From the NCBI GenBank assembly GCA_964016885.1, contig OZ024751.1:52018001-52082000 (forward strand): DNA of 64,000 bases, in the 5' to 3' direction. Positions 1-12,900 of the stretch are shown piece after piece. Made by a program: the position numbers and the translations under genes. Position 1 is the first letter of the stretch, and each line of letters starts with the position of its first letter. The notes under the pieces were generated by a model. The model saw nothing but the letters and a program-made list of their open reading frames with translations, had not been told where the DNA came from and did not search any database. The stretch comes from Eledone cirrhosa (lineage: Eukaryota).

Positions 1-466
1 CACATATATACTTCAATACTGAGTACTCCTTTCTCTCGGCCGTCAACCACATATTATATATATATATGTATATATATATATATGTATGTATATATGTGTG
101 TCTGTGTGTATATATAGATATATATACATGTGTGTGTGTGTGTATGCATGTATATATACAAACACAAAATAAAATAAATCATTAATGTAGTAGAGTGGAA
201 AATAATATGATGAAGTAGGTTCAGGAAAGGGGGGAGGGGTACAAAAAAACAAAAACAAATGAAAATAACAATAAAGTATAACGAATAAAAAACAAACAAA
301 AAAATATGCAATTAATAAGGGCGACATTTCAAAATGTAATTAAGCAAGATTTATGAACTGTGTAATGCAAGTGAAGCTTTAGAAAGATGTGTAAAAAAAA
401 TAAATAATATCTGAAAATGAACTAAAATACACTGAATTACTTTAATTCTATTATAATACATTTAAT

Positions 467-547
<81 letters not shown>

Positions 548-993
548 ATGTATGTATATTAGATATAATAACAAATAGATATACACAAGATATAACAAAA
601 CATATAAATATATATATGCTTTGATTCTCCATAATAATTTTCTGTTTATATATGTATATATATAAAGATATATTAATTAATATATATATTAGGAATAACA
701 AATATATATATAGGAGATGTAGCAAAACATATATATTGTTATATCATGTGTGTATATATATATATTAGCTACAATAACAAGATATATATAATATATAATA
801 GGATTGGAAAACAAAGACCAAAGAACAGTTTAACATCCAGAAGATTAATGATGAAAAGAATATATGAAAAATGATATTATAATAGAAAGAAGACAAATGA
901 GATTGTTACAAAACTGTGGCAAAGATTGAATTTATTAGAACTCTGTGTAATATTTTAATCTCCATATGGTTCAATTATTATCATTTGTATGTA

Positions 994-1025
<32 letters not shown>

Positions 1026-2618
1026 ATCATTATCGTCGTCATTTTAACGTCCGCTTTCCCAGCTAGCACACACAGACTACATATACATATATATAGATTT
1101 ATTTATATAGATATATATATTTGTCTGTATGAAATGTGTGCATGCATTCATACATATATTCACACATACATACAGACATTCATACATATATACACACAGA
1201 TTATACATACACATACATATATTTTAATCTATGTGCCAAATACTTAAAGCTATCTTTACATTTCTATGTATAACAATCAGATATGTGAATTTTTTCCAAT
1301 TTCTTAGAGTTGCTTGCATCTATGAAATCTGTCAATATCTTTAATATTTAATGCACCTTTCTGTATTTAGTTATTAATTCTGAATGTTGTGCTCTCTATG
1401 TGCATAACTTTGTTACATAATGCAGCAGTAGTCAAGTGATTCAAAGTTTTGTTTGGCTTCGAGGGGGGGTTTATTTAAAAAAAAAAACACAAAAAAAAAA
1501 CTTCCTGTTGGTGTGAAATAACCAAGTAACTATCCAAAATTAGCTGGCATTGATAACACCTGTTGATAAAAGCTGAAAATGTGCATATGGTGCAATTGCT
1601 GTTTTTTGTATTTTTCTTTTGCTAGAAACAAAGTAGTTCAATTGTTGAAAGTGTTAAGAAAAAGTAGAAAGTTATAGGATTGCAAGAAAGACAACAGCAG
1701 CAATTAGCAAGCACAAAAGTATTCAGGGGTTTATAAGAGAGGCAGGAGTTCAGCTGGTACATTCGTCTGAGGTCCAGAGAGCCAAAGAGAGGGTCTATGT
1801 ATATTTGATGCCTCTTTCCTTAAAAAAAAAATACTTCTCAGCTCACTTGAATTTTAGGAGGGTGATCCCAACACCAAGGCTCCTAAAAACAGTCTTGTCC
1901 TCCTTACAAAATTTGTCTTGGTCGTCTTGGTGGTAGCACAGATAAAATACGCTGATGCCATATTGTTGGTGAATCAACAGAGCATATATTGATCTGTCTA
2001 GCTATGTCTTTGTGGACTGGAGCAACACAAAGATAAAGTGCCTTGCTCAAGGGCAAAACATGTTGCCCAGTCCAATAATTGAACAGCTGACTATACGATT
2101 GTAAGCCTAGCAACATACTGCAGTAGTGAAAATTAATAGGGTGATGTGATGGAGAAAGGGGGTTGAGAGTAATACTGTAGAGAATGGTGGGGAGTACAGT
2201 GATGGTGAGAATGGTTTATATATATAATTTCATTTAATTTTTACATTGAGTTTTCTATGCTGGCATAGGTCGGACAGGACACTTTGAGGCAATGTTTTAC
2301 AGCCAGAAGTACTTCCTGACACCAACCTTTTTAGTTACTTCTATCACTTCTAATGACATGCAAGGATATGGCATACCTCTTCTAAACTGGATATACACAG
2401 CCAATCAGATACACACACATAATATATATATAATTTCACCCAAACACACACACATGCACACATATATATATATAATTCTGGTATATATGGCATACCAATC
2501 CTGACTCCAAAAATTAAATATGTTCAATGCTATTACTGTCATTATTGACGGCATGGGTTTAGTAGTAATAAAATATGACAACAAGAAACATAAACAAAAC
2601 CAAAATGATGTCACTTAC

Positions 2619-2705
2619 AGATCTGTTATTTCCATGGAATGAGATTTGAGTAAATTGAGGAGCGATGATTCCACCAGTTCCTTTTTGGTGTCCATTCTGC
2701 AAAGA
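2619..2705 (-). CDS. Candidate 87-nt internal exon of an unidentified host gene
   Basis: Minus strand: tttctttaacag| ... |gtaagt; length is a multiple of 3; two frames are open (SLQNGHQKGTGG.. or LCRMDTKKELVESS..). Confidence 0.4.
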
Positions 2706-3301
2706 CTGTTAAAGAAATAAAGACAAGTAAATATATAGTAAAAATGGATTTCATAAATAAGTATATATAGTCACAAATACTTGAATTTGGAAGCTTGCTA
2801 TAGTTGATTATATCAGCCACAGTACATGACTGGTAATTTGTTTTATCCAGCTCTGTAATGATGAAAGGTAAAGTTGCCCTTAATGAGATTGGAACTTGCA
2901 ACATGAAGAGCTATAACTAAATACCACAAAGAATTTTGTGTGATGTTTTCAGTCTCCAGTCCACATTGTAAAGTGGGCGTTTTGGTACTATGACAAAAAA
3001 CGTCCAGCCCACACTGTGAAGTGGTTATGTTGGTTTCACATCAAAAGACACCCAGCTCACACTGTGAAGTGGTTGTTATGGTACCACAATGAAAGGCACC
3101 CAGCCCACATTATAACGTGGTCGGGTAGGTGTCATAGCACAGCTGTAGAAACCAAGCCAGAAACAGTTCTGTATGAGCAAGACATGGACACCTGACTGGA
3201 CTTGCCTCAAATGGCACAACCCATCTAACCCATGCTAGCGTGGAAAATAGATGTTAAATGATGATGATGATGATATATATATACACACACACATATATAT
3301 G

Positions 3302-3337
<36 letters not shown>

Positions 3338-4179
3338 TATATACACACACATACATATATATCTCTTACTTCGCTGTCTATTTATACGTGTATGTCTTCC
3401 ATTTATATACCCAAATACATATATGAATTTATAAATACAGTATCTGTGTGTGCTGTGTGAATGTGTGTGTGTGCATGTGTGTACGTACGTGTGTGTTTGT
3501 GCATGTGCAATATGTGTGCAAATGTGTGGCTGTGCCAGTGTATATATATATTTAAACAGATAACACATTTTGTTTCTCACTTCAGCTTGCAACACCCCGA
3601 GGGTTCAAGCCAAAAACAATGGAATCGGTTCAAAATCTAAGAAAAAGCAAAAATTAAAAGACCAATAAAATAACACACACATATATATGTACACACAAAT
3701 GCATATATATATTCCCTCTCACACATATATACACACACAAGCATATATGTACATACACACATGCACACATACATACACATGGGCAATATTATTGAATAAT
3801 AGAAGATAATATATTGATTGCTGAGTTTTGTTTTTCTTCTTATTTATTATCTGTTGTAAACATTGAAAAGTCTTTGTGGTGTATGTATGTGTGTATGCAT
3901 GTGTGTGTGATATATTCATATTTATGGACAGAAAAATAAACATTCACTTGATCATAAAAACAAATATTCACTTGTTTTCTCTCTCTCTCTCACACACATA
4001 TATACAACATAATATTCTATACTATTCAAAGATATTTGGTTCATAAACGAAAACATCTTAGGCTACCATCCTGTCCCTTTGTTACGCAGGTTACTAGCAT
4101 GACCAGGACGATATCAAGTACAGTTCAATCAGCACAGGAATTGAGTCTTCCTTTTAAAAACATTACCTCATCTGCCTCT

Positions 4180-4860
4180 GGTCTGTCTTACAACCAAACA
4201 GCTATGTGTGGCTCAATTAGGTACCCTCTTTGTCAACTGGTGCCCTTCTTGATGATGAATGCATTGATATCAGAGTTGCCCTGTTCCTGAGTCTCCACAT
4301 ATGTGCATCTAACAAATGTCATTGTGGAACCATGGTTGACAAATTTGAACCACACCCATTCTCTTATTGTCACAGTGTGGGTCGTTTTCCTCACAATTTC
4401 ACTTTGAATGATATCATTAAGAGGAGCCATGACACATCTGGTTTCTCGTCACAACTGGAACTTCTCAGTTTCGATCATGATGGTAAACATCCAGACTGAA
4501 TAACCGTTTTCCCATTTGATGAGGGCATTTCCCTTATCAGGGCTGCCACATATAGCAACATTTTCTCTGGGGGACATCCCACCACTTCAGCCACCAACCC
4601 AGGCTGCTAAAATACAGAGGTATGGAAAATAACCAAATACCAGGATTTTTGTGCTGGTCACCAATGAAACTTCTGGTGTCCTCGAACCCCCGACCCGTGA
4701 CTGCCATTTTCCATGGCCAAATTAAGACAAGGACATTAGGCCTAAGGAAGGAGGCCAGCAAAGTGGAATGGCTGGTGTAGTGAATATTGCTGGCTGTTTT
4801 TCATGACAACACTTTCACCACTTTGTTCACAGGTCACAGCTATGATAGGTTGTCCAGCCA
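4180..4860 (+). mobile_element. Degraded CRE-like RLE retroelement fragment
   Basis: GALLDD..IRVAL..C.CG..H..C..H..LNDIIKR..DGKHPD in ORF 4230-4499; collinear with the 25480-25899 copy. Confidence 0.75.
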
Positions 4861-5426
4861 AGAATGTAAACTTTGCTCCCTCTTCGTTTTCTTTCCTACT
4901 TTTTCTTTTTATCTTATAATATTATAAATGTATTTATATTTGTTTCCTGAATATGGTGGTGGATTGGCAGAATCATTAGTGTACCAGAAGAAAGACATTG
5001 TGGTATTTATTCTGGCTCTTTAAAATGTGACTTCAAATCCCGCTGAGGTCAACTTTGCCTTTCATCTTTCCAAGGTCAATATAACAAAGTATTGGTCAAG
5101 TACTGGGGTTGATATAATCGACTTCCCTCTCCCCCCCAAATTTGCTAGTTTTTGCCTAAATTAGAAAGAATATTTGTTTCCTGAAAAAAGATTTGTGCAC
5201 TAAAATTTCCTTCAACATGTTTCCATCCAAAGTTCACACTCGGGGTTAATTCTATTCTTTTTCATCAGATAGGTGTTTTTCAATGTTTACAACAGATAAT
5301 AAATAAGAAGAAAAACAAAACTTCTTAATTCTACACCCTAAAAACAAATAAAAATTACTATTTAAATCCTTCCCACCATTTCATCTATTTGCACACACAG
5401 AGACACACATATGTACATATACATAC

Positions 5427-5740
5427 AGAGAAACTGAATATCAGAGGAATCAAATATAATGTGCAAGACAGAAGACTGTGTTGGTATGGATGGCCATGTG
5501 ATGAGCATGGAGGATGATCATTGGGTGAAGAAGTGCCAGGTGCTCTAAGTGGAAGGAAGCTTAAATAGAGGCAGGCCAAAGAAAACTTTGGTAGAGACGG
5601 TGAGAGTGGATCTGAAAATGCTGAACCTCACAAAGGAAATGACAAGGGAACACAATGTGTGGAGGGGGGTTGTGCTAGAAAGAAACCACTCAACCCATGC
5701 AAGTATGAAGAAACAAACGAAAAAAGGATGATGATGATGC
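5427..5740 (+). mobile_element. RTE-clade LINE 3' fragment
   Basis: L.WYG..M..VEG...RGRPKKT..VRVDL; (GAT)n tail. Confidence 0.8.
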
Positions 5741-6487
5741 ACAGTCTGTGGAGCCTGCATAAAGGTGAAACTTATAAGTAACTGTCATACATAATAATAT
5801 ATATATTATATATATATGTTATACACAAGAGTATACAGTATATACACACATTACAATATTACATATAGACATACATATATGTATGTATATATGTGATATA
5901 TACATACACGTGTGTGTGTATGTTTGTATTATGTATGTGAATGAGATTGTATGTGTAATTGTATGTTTGTGTGTGCAACTGTATGTTTGTGTGTGCAGTG
6001 TCCATGAATGTGTATGCCTATTGTGTGTGTAGACATATAATTACAACTCGATTGATTTTTCTATGGCATACAGTCAGGAATTATTGCTGCCTTCACTTGG
6101 AAAGACTACAAATATTGAAAATAAATAAATACCTCCTTCCCTTCTACAACTCCGTCTACCCCACTCCAAACCCCTCATCTCTGCCCGCCAACCCTGTCCA
6201 CTCCCCTACCATTTACAACCATCTACACCCTCCAACCCCCATCTCCCTTGCAAGACTTTGTGTTATCCTTTCAACTTGGACAAGACACAAAACTAATCAA
6301 ATAGACTGTAAACACAATGTTTCACATATGTATGCATACACTTACATGTGTGTGTGTCTGTATGTGTGTATGTATATGTATGCATATATATATATATATA
6401 TATACATACATACATACAAAAAAATCAACGGATGTTAATAACGACTATAATGATGATGATATATGCGTGCGTGTGTGCTTATATATA

Positions 6488-6532
<45 letters not shown>

Positions 6533-6850
6533 TAAAATAACAGATTAAAGTTTAAAATTATCGAGCCCTCTTTGGATTTTAGTCTTGATATTTATTATTA
6601 TTATTAATATTAATATATATATATATATACATATGTGTAAATTAAGTAATTCCGTCGGAAAAGTCCAGGAAAAAAGAGTGCTCTATGTAGGTAACATAGC
6701 TTAATAGTTATGTAATAAACAACATAAGGCAATTATTCCATTTACAAGTGGTTTCTTAAAATAAAAAAATGTTGCTTTCAATCCTCAGAATGAAAAAATC
6801 TTGGTCTGTTTATTGAATTTGGATTTAAAAAAATATATATATACATATAC

Positions 6851-6881
<31 letters not shown>

Positions 6882-6959
6882 CACATATATGCTAGCATGG
6901 AAAATAGATGTTAAATGATGATGATGATATATATGTATGTATGTCAGGTCACTCTTCAG

Positions 6960-7390
6960 GACTACTGGTAACATGTAACCCAGTACAGCCTATGCATGGT
7001 CAGGTCATCAGTGACTGAACTGGCAACCCTACTACTAAACTTGCTTGGTGAGGAGGGTGATTTTGCGAGATGAAAAACAAAACCTATCAAAGGGCAGAGG
7101 AACTCAATAGAGTCAACAGCCATCCAATAATTAGAAAAAATTTTTTTGAGGGTGACAGTAGAGAGACCTCTAGTCTTCATTAAGACATCTCTCTAGGAAA
7201 AGGTCACTCTGATGTAAAACCTGCGACTTCGTTTGCATCCAATGATGTAGACCAGTTCTACTTTTTGGGTAAATGCATTTGATGTTCAGAGAGTGAGATT
7301 GGCTCTGACCAAAGCCTTTCCTCACTTAAAAAATGCTTCAATCACAGGCATTGCTTGCTTTCTGACATCATAAATATCAAACGATAGCAT
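6960..7390 (+). mobile_element. Interspersed repeat, probably a LINE (RTE-like) 5' region; homologous to 22181-22600
   Basis: Shared ctggtaacatgta..ctggcaaccc..ttggtgaggagggtga..aaaacaaaacct..ctctgat. Confidence 0.6.
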
Positions 7391-7429
7391 TACTCAAAAT
7401 TGGGTACCAGCCAACATACATGTATATAT

Positions 7430-7475
<46 letters not shown>

Positions 7476-7502
7476 GTATATGTATGTAAGTGTATATATA
7501 TA

Positions 7503-7769
7503 CAAGATGGTGTAGAACAGAACAAAAGAGAGACACAAAATAAAAACTCAGTCATTGAGGAGGTCACAGAATATGTGACGAAAGAGCTTTGACAATATAT
7601 AAACAACCAACCAACCAGCCAGAAATTTATAATAGATTGTAGTGAAATCCAACAGGTGCGTGTATTTTTATTGGCAGCATGACCCTACCAAAGTATAACA
7701 ATATCTGTTTCAACACACGTTTTCAGATAAGAAATATCTTGCAAAACAAATTCAAAAACAAAGTATAAA

Positions 7770-7772
<3 letters not shown>
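7503..7772 (+). mobile_element. Hammerhead-bearing element between TA tracts (family of 41880-42113)
   Basis: Clear homology to 41880-42113; TA tracts on both sides. Confidence 0.65.
7551..7593 (+). ncRNA. Minimal type I hammerhead ribozyme fold (U3 variant), same family as 41882
   Basis: GTCA TTGAGGA g GTCAC agaatat GTGAC GAAA GAGC TT TGAC; the ~170 bp downstream is homologous to 41925-42113. Confidence 0.65.
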
Positions 7773-7811
<39 letters not shown>

Positions 7812-7815
<4 letters not shown>

Positions 7816-8150
7816 CACTCCCACCAACACCACCCTCTCTCTGTAAAGTTGGTACCACAACATCCAGTCCAAATAAATGAGATAATGAGATCGAGATCGT
7901 GTAGGTGTCACAACAAATAAAACACACAGTCCTCGTTGTAATGTGGTCGTGTAGGTGACACGGTAAAAAGTTCCCAGTTCCACACTGTAAATGTAGTTGG
8001 TGTTAGGAAGGGCATCCAGCCGTAGAAAACCTGCCAGATAGTCCTATATGAGCGAGACATGGTCACCCGACCAACCTTGCCTCACGTGGGACAACTCCCG
8101 TCTAACCCATGCTAGAGTGGAAGATGGACATTAAACAAAGATGATGATGA
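7812..8150 (+). mobile_element. 5'-truncated copy of the 3' UTR seen at 20990-21341
   Basis: Near identity over ~330 bp; (GAT)n tail. Confidence 0.85.
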
Positions 8151-8179
8151 TATATATATATATATATAAATTTATATGC

Positions 8180-8215
<36 letters not shown>

Positions 8216-8347
8216 ATGATGATGATGATAAGATGATGATGATGATATATATATATATATATATAAATTTATATGCAAACCCATGCACCGTCCAAACCCA
8301 TGCAAGCGTGGAACACGGACGTTAAACGTTGATGATGATGATGATGA

Positions 8348-8386
<39 letters not shown>

Positions 8387-8747
8387 GGAGAACTAAGTTG
8401 GGGGTAGTGGTAGTGGTAGTATTGATGGCAGCTAAAGATACAACAATGAATTAAATGTAAGGCATTGTATATAATGATAATACAACATAATTAAAATGAA
8501 GAATGAAATTTTCTGAAATACTGTTGTATGTTTGTTGTTTTAGTTCAACTTCACACACACACACATACATACACACAAATACCTAAACAAACATACACAT
8601 ATACACACATACAAACACACACACACACACACACACAATCACAGAAAACTCCAAGAACCAAAAATATGCAATATTAAATAGATATGGAAAGAATTGATGG
8701 AGAATTTTCGATTCTACATTATATGAAACCAAATAAATTTAAGTAAA

Positions 8748-8930
8748 TAATTGTTTCTACTTTAGGCACAAGGCCAGCAATTACCCAGTGCATTACTGGT
8801 ACTTTTATTTTATCGACCCCGTAAGGATGAAAGGCAAAGTCAACCTCGGCGGGATTTGAACTCAGATCGTAAAGGGACGTAACTATGCTGGAAAGCATGG
8901 CGTCCGACCTTCTACCGATACTGCCAATCC
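8748..8930 (-). mobile_element. tRNA-derived SINE, (TTA)-tail family. Further copies or fragments at ~4955, 10250, 10855, 14270, 16852, 17735, 18548, 23380, 24205, 46900, 47400, 49021, 52245-52570, 52890, 55795, 57980, 62050
   Basis: Reverse complement of the 49417-49601 unit. Confidence 0.88.
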
Positions 8931-9424
8931 AACAATAATAATTTAAGTAAATAATGTTGAAGAGCTTTTTCTAAATTATTTATTTATTTTATAAAGTTTT
9001 AAAATATTGAGATTTATTTAAATAGGTAAATATATTTTGTTTAGAAATTTGATTGGAATAACAATATGGATATCTGTTAACAACCAGTTTCAGCAACAAA
9101 CAATATTATTATTGTTTTTTTTACAACTCTGAGTTTGGTGTTGATCATAGTGGCATTGGTGGCAGTAGAGGTGGCTGTGGCAGTGGTTGTGGTAGTGATG
9201 GTGGCAAGTTAGAAAACCATGTAGTCATAGAGTATTAAAAAAGCAACTTATTGTAGTTTTAGAGTATCAATGGCTTTGATTCAGTGTTGAGTTCAATAGT
9301 GACTGTCAAAAGGTCATTGCTTCAAAAACATGAATCAAAATACAACGCTGATAGGTTTTAAAAAAATTTTCCTTTCATTATTATTTTTTTATATACACAT
9401 TACCTATATTGGCAACAAAAGGAT

Positions 9425-9985
9425 TCTCTCTCTCTGAGCAAAGAGTAGATTGTATGATGTCTACATATGAAGTGTGATATTGTATGGCAATGAGACATGG
9501 GCATTGAATGTAGAGGAAGTGTAAAGTTTAGAACAAAATGAGGTGAGCAGGTTCTGCTGGATATGTAATGTTAGTGTGCATGATCGAAAAAGCATAGATG
9601 AGTTGAGGGGAAAATTGGACATCCAAGGTATTAAGTGCAAGAGAGAAGATTGCACTGGTTCAGGCATAAGATATATATTGATGATGATGATTTGGTGAAG
9701 AGATGCCAAGATTTCCAAGTAGAAGGAAGCCGTAGAAGATAAGAAATAAGGAAGGTTTAAGGGATGATGAAGAAAAATGAGCAGTTGAAGGGAGATATCA
9801 TAGAGAGGCAAGTCAGAAGAAATGATGGAAGCTGATCTCAAAATGTTGAACCACACAAAAGAGATGACAAAGGAATATGAGAGATTGTGGGAAATTGTAT
9901 AGGAGCAGACTTGCCCAACCTAAACATGCATGGAAAAAAAACAACAACATAAACATGATGTCGATGATGATGATGATGATGGGAC
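9425..9985 (+). mobile_element. Degraded RTE-clade LINE 3' fragment
   Basis: Homology to 43250-43790; (GAT)n tail. Confidence 0.75.
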
Positions 9986-12900
9986 ATGAAGATATACGAG
10001 ATGATGATATATTTGTATCTTTGTGTCTGTTTCCTAAGAGAAATTGTCACATAATTGAATTGTCATACCTACAAATAGGAATTGAAGTTTTGTCCCTGCA
10101 GACTTAGCTTATCATGAATTTACTAATAACATAAGTAAGTACCCATAACTCCTGATGGAGTCATAGGGGCATCATAGTATCTGGTAGAGCCCATACCCTC
10201 TCCAGGTTTGAACATAGCGCTGATTTCTGAGAGAGGATCAGCTCTAACACTGGACTGGTACTTTTTTTTTCATCTTAGAAGGATGAAAAGTAAAGTTGAC
10301 CTCAACAGGATTTGAACTCAGAGTGCAGAGAGACAGAATGAATAATGCAAAGCATTCTATCAAATGTTCTAACAAGTCTGCCAATTCAGCACTTATAATA
10401 ACATTTGAAGCTGGCTAAATAGGTTATGTATATTATTGATAGATTAACGGTGAGGCTATTGAAAGAAATGTGAAGTGCAGGGTTTGGGGAGTAAGAGATC
10501 AAAACATAATGACATGGTTTAAACAAATACTGATGTTTATTTTATGTCCCGCATAAGCAATATAACCTGCAGCTAATATTAGCTCAATGAAGGCCACTGG
10601 TGTATACTATACTGATAAATAATGTATGAATTGGTGTCAGGAAGGACATCTAGTCATATACAATAAAAAAAATGAAAGCAGCTGACTGTAAGATCTGACT
10701 ATGGAAAGTATGTTTCTATTAGTCTTTCCTTTGCTGATACTATCTGCTAGTCACAATTTCACACAGAAGAAAGCAGGATTTACACAAGAGCTGGATCAGA
10801 TATCACAAAGCCTCCCATTTGACTTTTTAACAATTCTGCCCAACCATCACACCTGGACTAGTACTTAATTTATCAACTCTGAAAGGATAAAAAGCAAAGT
10901 TGACTTCGGCAGAATTTGACTGAGAGACCAGAGAGCCAGAACAAATATCAAAGCTTTTAACTCTTTAGTATTTAAACCAGCTGTATCTGGCCAGAATTCT
11001 CTCACCTCTTTCTGTTCAAACCAGCTGTACCTGGCTGCCCATACTTATGTTAAGGTATTGTTCTCAAAATAAACAACATCAAAATGTCATAGATTCAATA
11101 TTATATGAGATAATTATGTAGGATAAAGCCTTTACCACAAAAATAATATATATAGAAGGGCATCCAGCCGTAGAAAACCCGCCAGACAGTCCTATATGAG
11201 CAAGACAACCAATCTTGCCTCAAGTGGAACAATTCCCGTCCAAACCCATGCAAGTGTGGAAGATGGACGTTAAACGATGATGATGATGATGATAGAGTAA
11301 TGTAAATGCTAAGGGGTTAATCCACCTATAGAATTATGGCTACAGAATACTGCCTCAAAAATATCTTGTCCAGCCCAAGCTAGCATGGAAAAAGTGGATG
11401 TAACCACCCTGATTATGATGGTGGTAATGATGATAATGTTGATGATGAGAGGAGGAGGAAGAGGTAACAGTACTGAATACTGAACAAAGAGTATACAATC
11501 AGGTATTACCAACTATATCATACTTGTTCAAACAATTAACATTAACATTAATTTCTTCCTCTTTTGGATCTGGTATAATGTATTACAGAATGAGATAATT
11601 CTCTGCTTCAGGGGGAAACGTTCTTTTTTTTTAATTAGCAGTAAAAATAGGGGGGGAAAGATAAAATAAAATAAAAGCAAATTTTGATGCTTTGCCAACT
11701 TTAATAAACTGTCTTTTACCAATATTGAGGACAAAAAACAAAAATTAAGAATGAATAAAAGAAAATAAAGAAAAGAAAATTAGAACAAATAAGTAAAGAA
11801 GACAAGAAAGAAACAACAGCAATAAAAACATACTTCATTTGCCCTTAATTCATTCCAATTTAGAAAGGAGTGCAAAGAAATGTTCTCTTGACAACAAAAG
11901 AATATCACCAGGGAGAAATAGAACAACAAAATGGAAGAATAACACATCTTACACACACACACACACAAACACACACAGTTCAGTTGTCTAAAAGCTAAGA
12001 GAAGATTCTATTTTCTTCTTTCTATTATTTATATATTTATTTCTCTTGCCAAAATTTGCAACATTTTCCCTAAAAAGCCATTCTAATGAAGAACAAAGTT
12101 AGAAATGTATCTGGAGATAGAAAGGAAAAAAAAAAGGATGATTTTTTTTTAATCTCTACCCTTGTTTTTATTGTTGTTGTTTTGTTTTCCAGTGAGAGAA
12201 ACATTTTACCTTTTGCCTCATATGTAGTTATAGAGGGATAATGGAAATTTATTTTTGACCATTTTCAATACATTCATCTGCTAGCAATAAAGGTTAGTCT
12301 TAGAATTACACACCCAGCTGTTCCTTTCCACATTATACTAGATGAGACAAAAGTTCTTGACCATTGTGCAGGCTTTCAAAATCAGAAACCATACAAGTCA
12401 CAGAGTACAAGATATCTTTAAAATATTTTTCTACTTTCTTCCATGACATGGTGAAAAAGAAAAAAATCTGCCTTTTTAAAAGATATTTTTAATTTTTCTT
12501 CATGTAAAATTTGCCCTTCCCCAATAAAAGTGTATGAAGACTAGTGGTTAGAGTGTTAGGCACACAATCCTAAGGTCATGTGTTAATTCCCAGACAGAGC
12601 AGCACATAGTAGAGGATTGTAGAGGGTTAGTGTGGGTTTTATAGGGTTGTAGAGGTCAGTTTTGATCAAACCTATTTTAACGATGTTATATATGGTTGTT
12701 ATTAAACTATATACATATATAACAAAAGGGTTTTTGGTAGATCAGTTGTGATCAAAGACATTCCAAATAAAACCCTCCAGTCCTTATTACAGATTTACTA
12801 TATCTACAACGAGTATATCTAATATGACCTCCCATTTGTAAGATGGTAAGGGTATGATTTGAAGGATATTTGGCTATTATTTCTAGCAGGCTTATCAACT

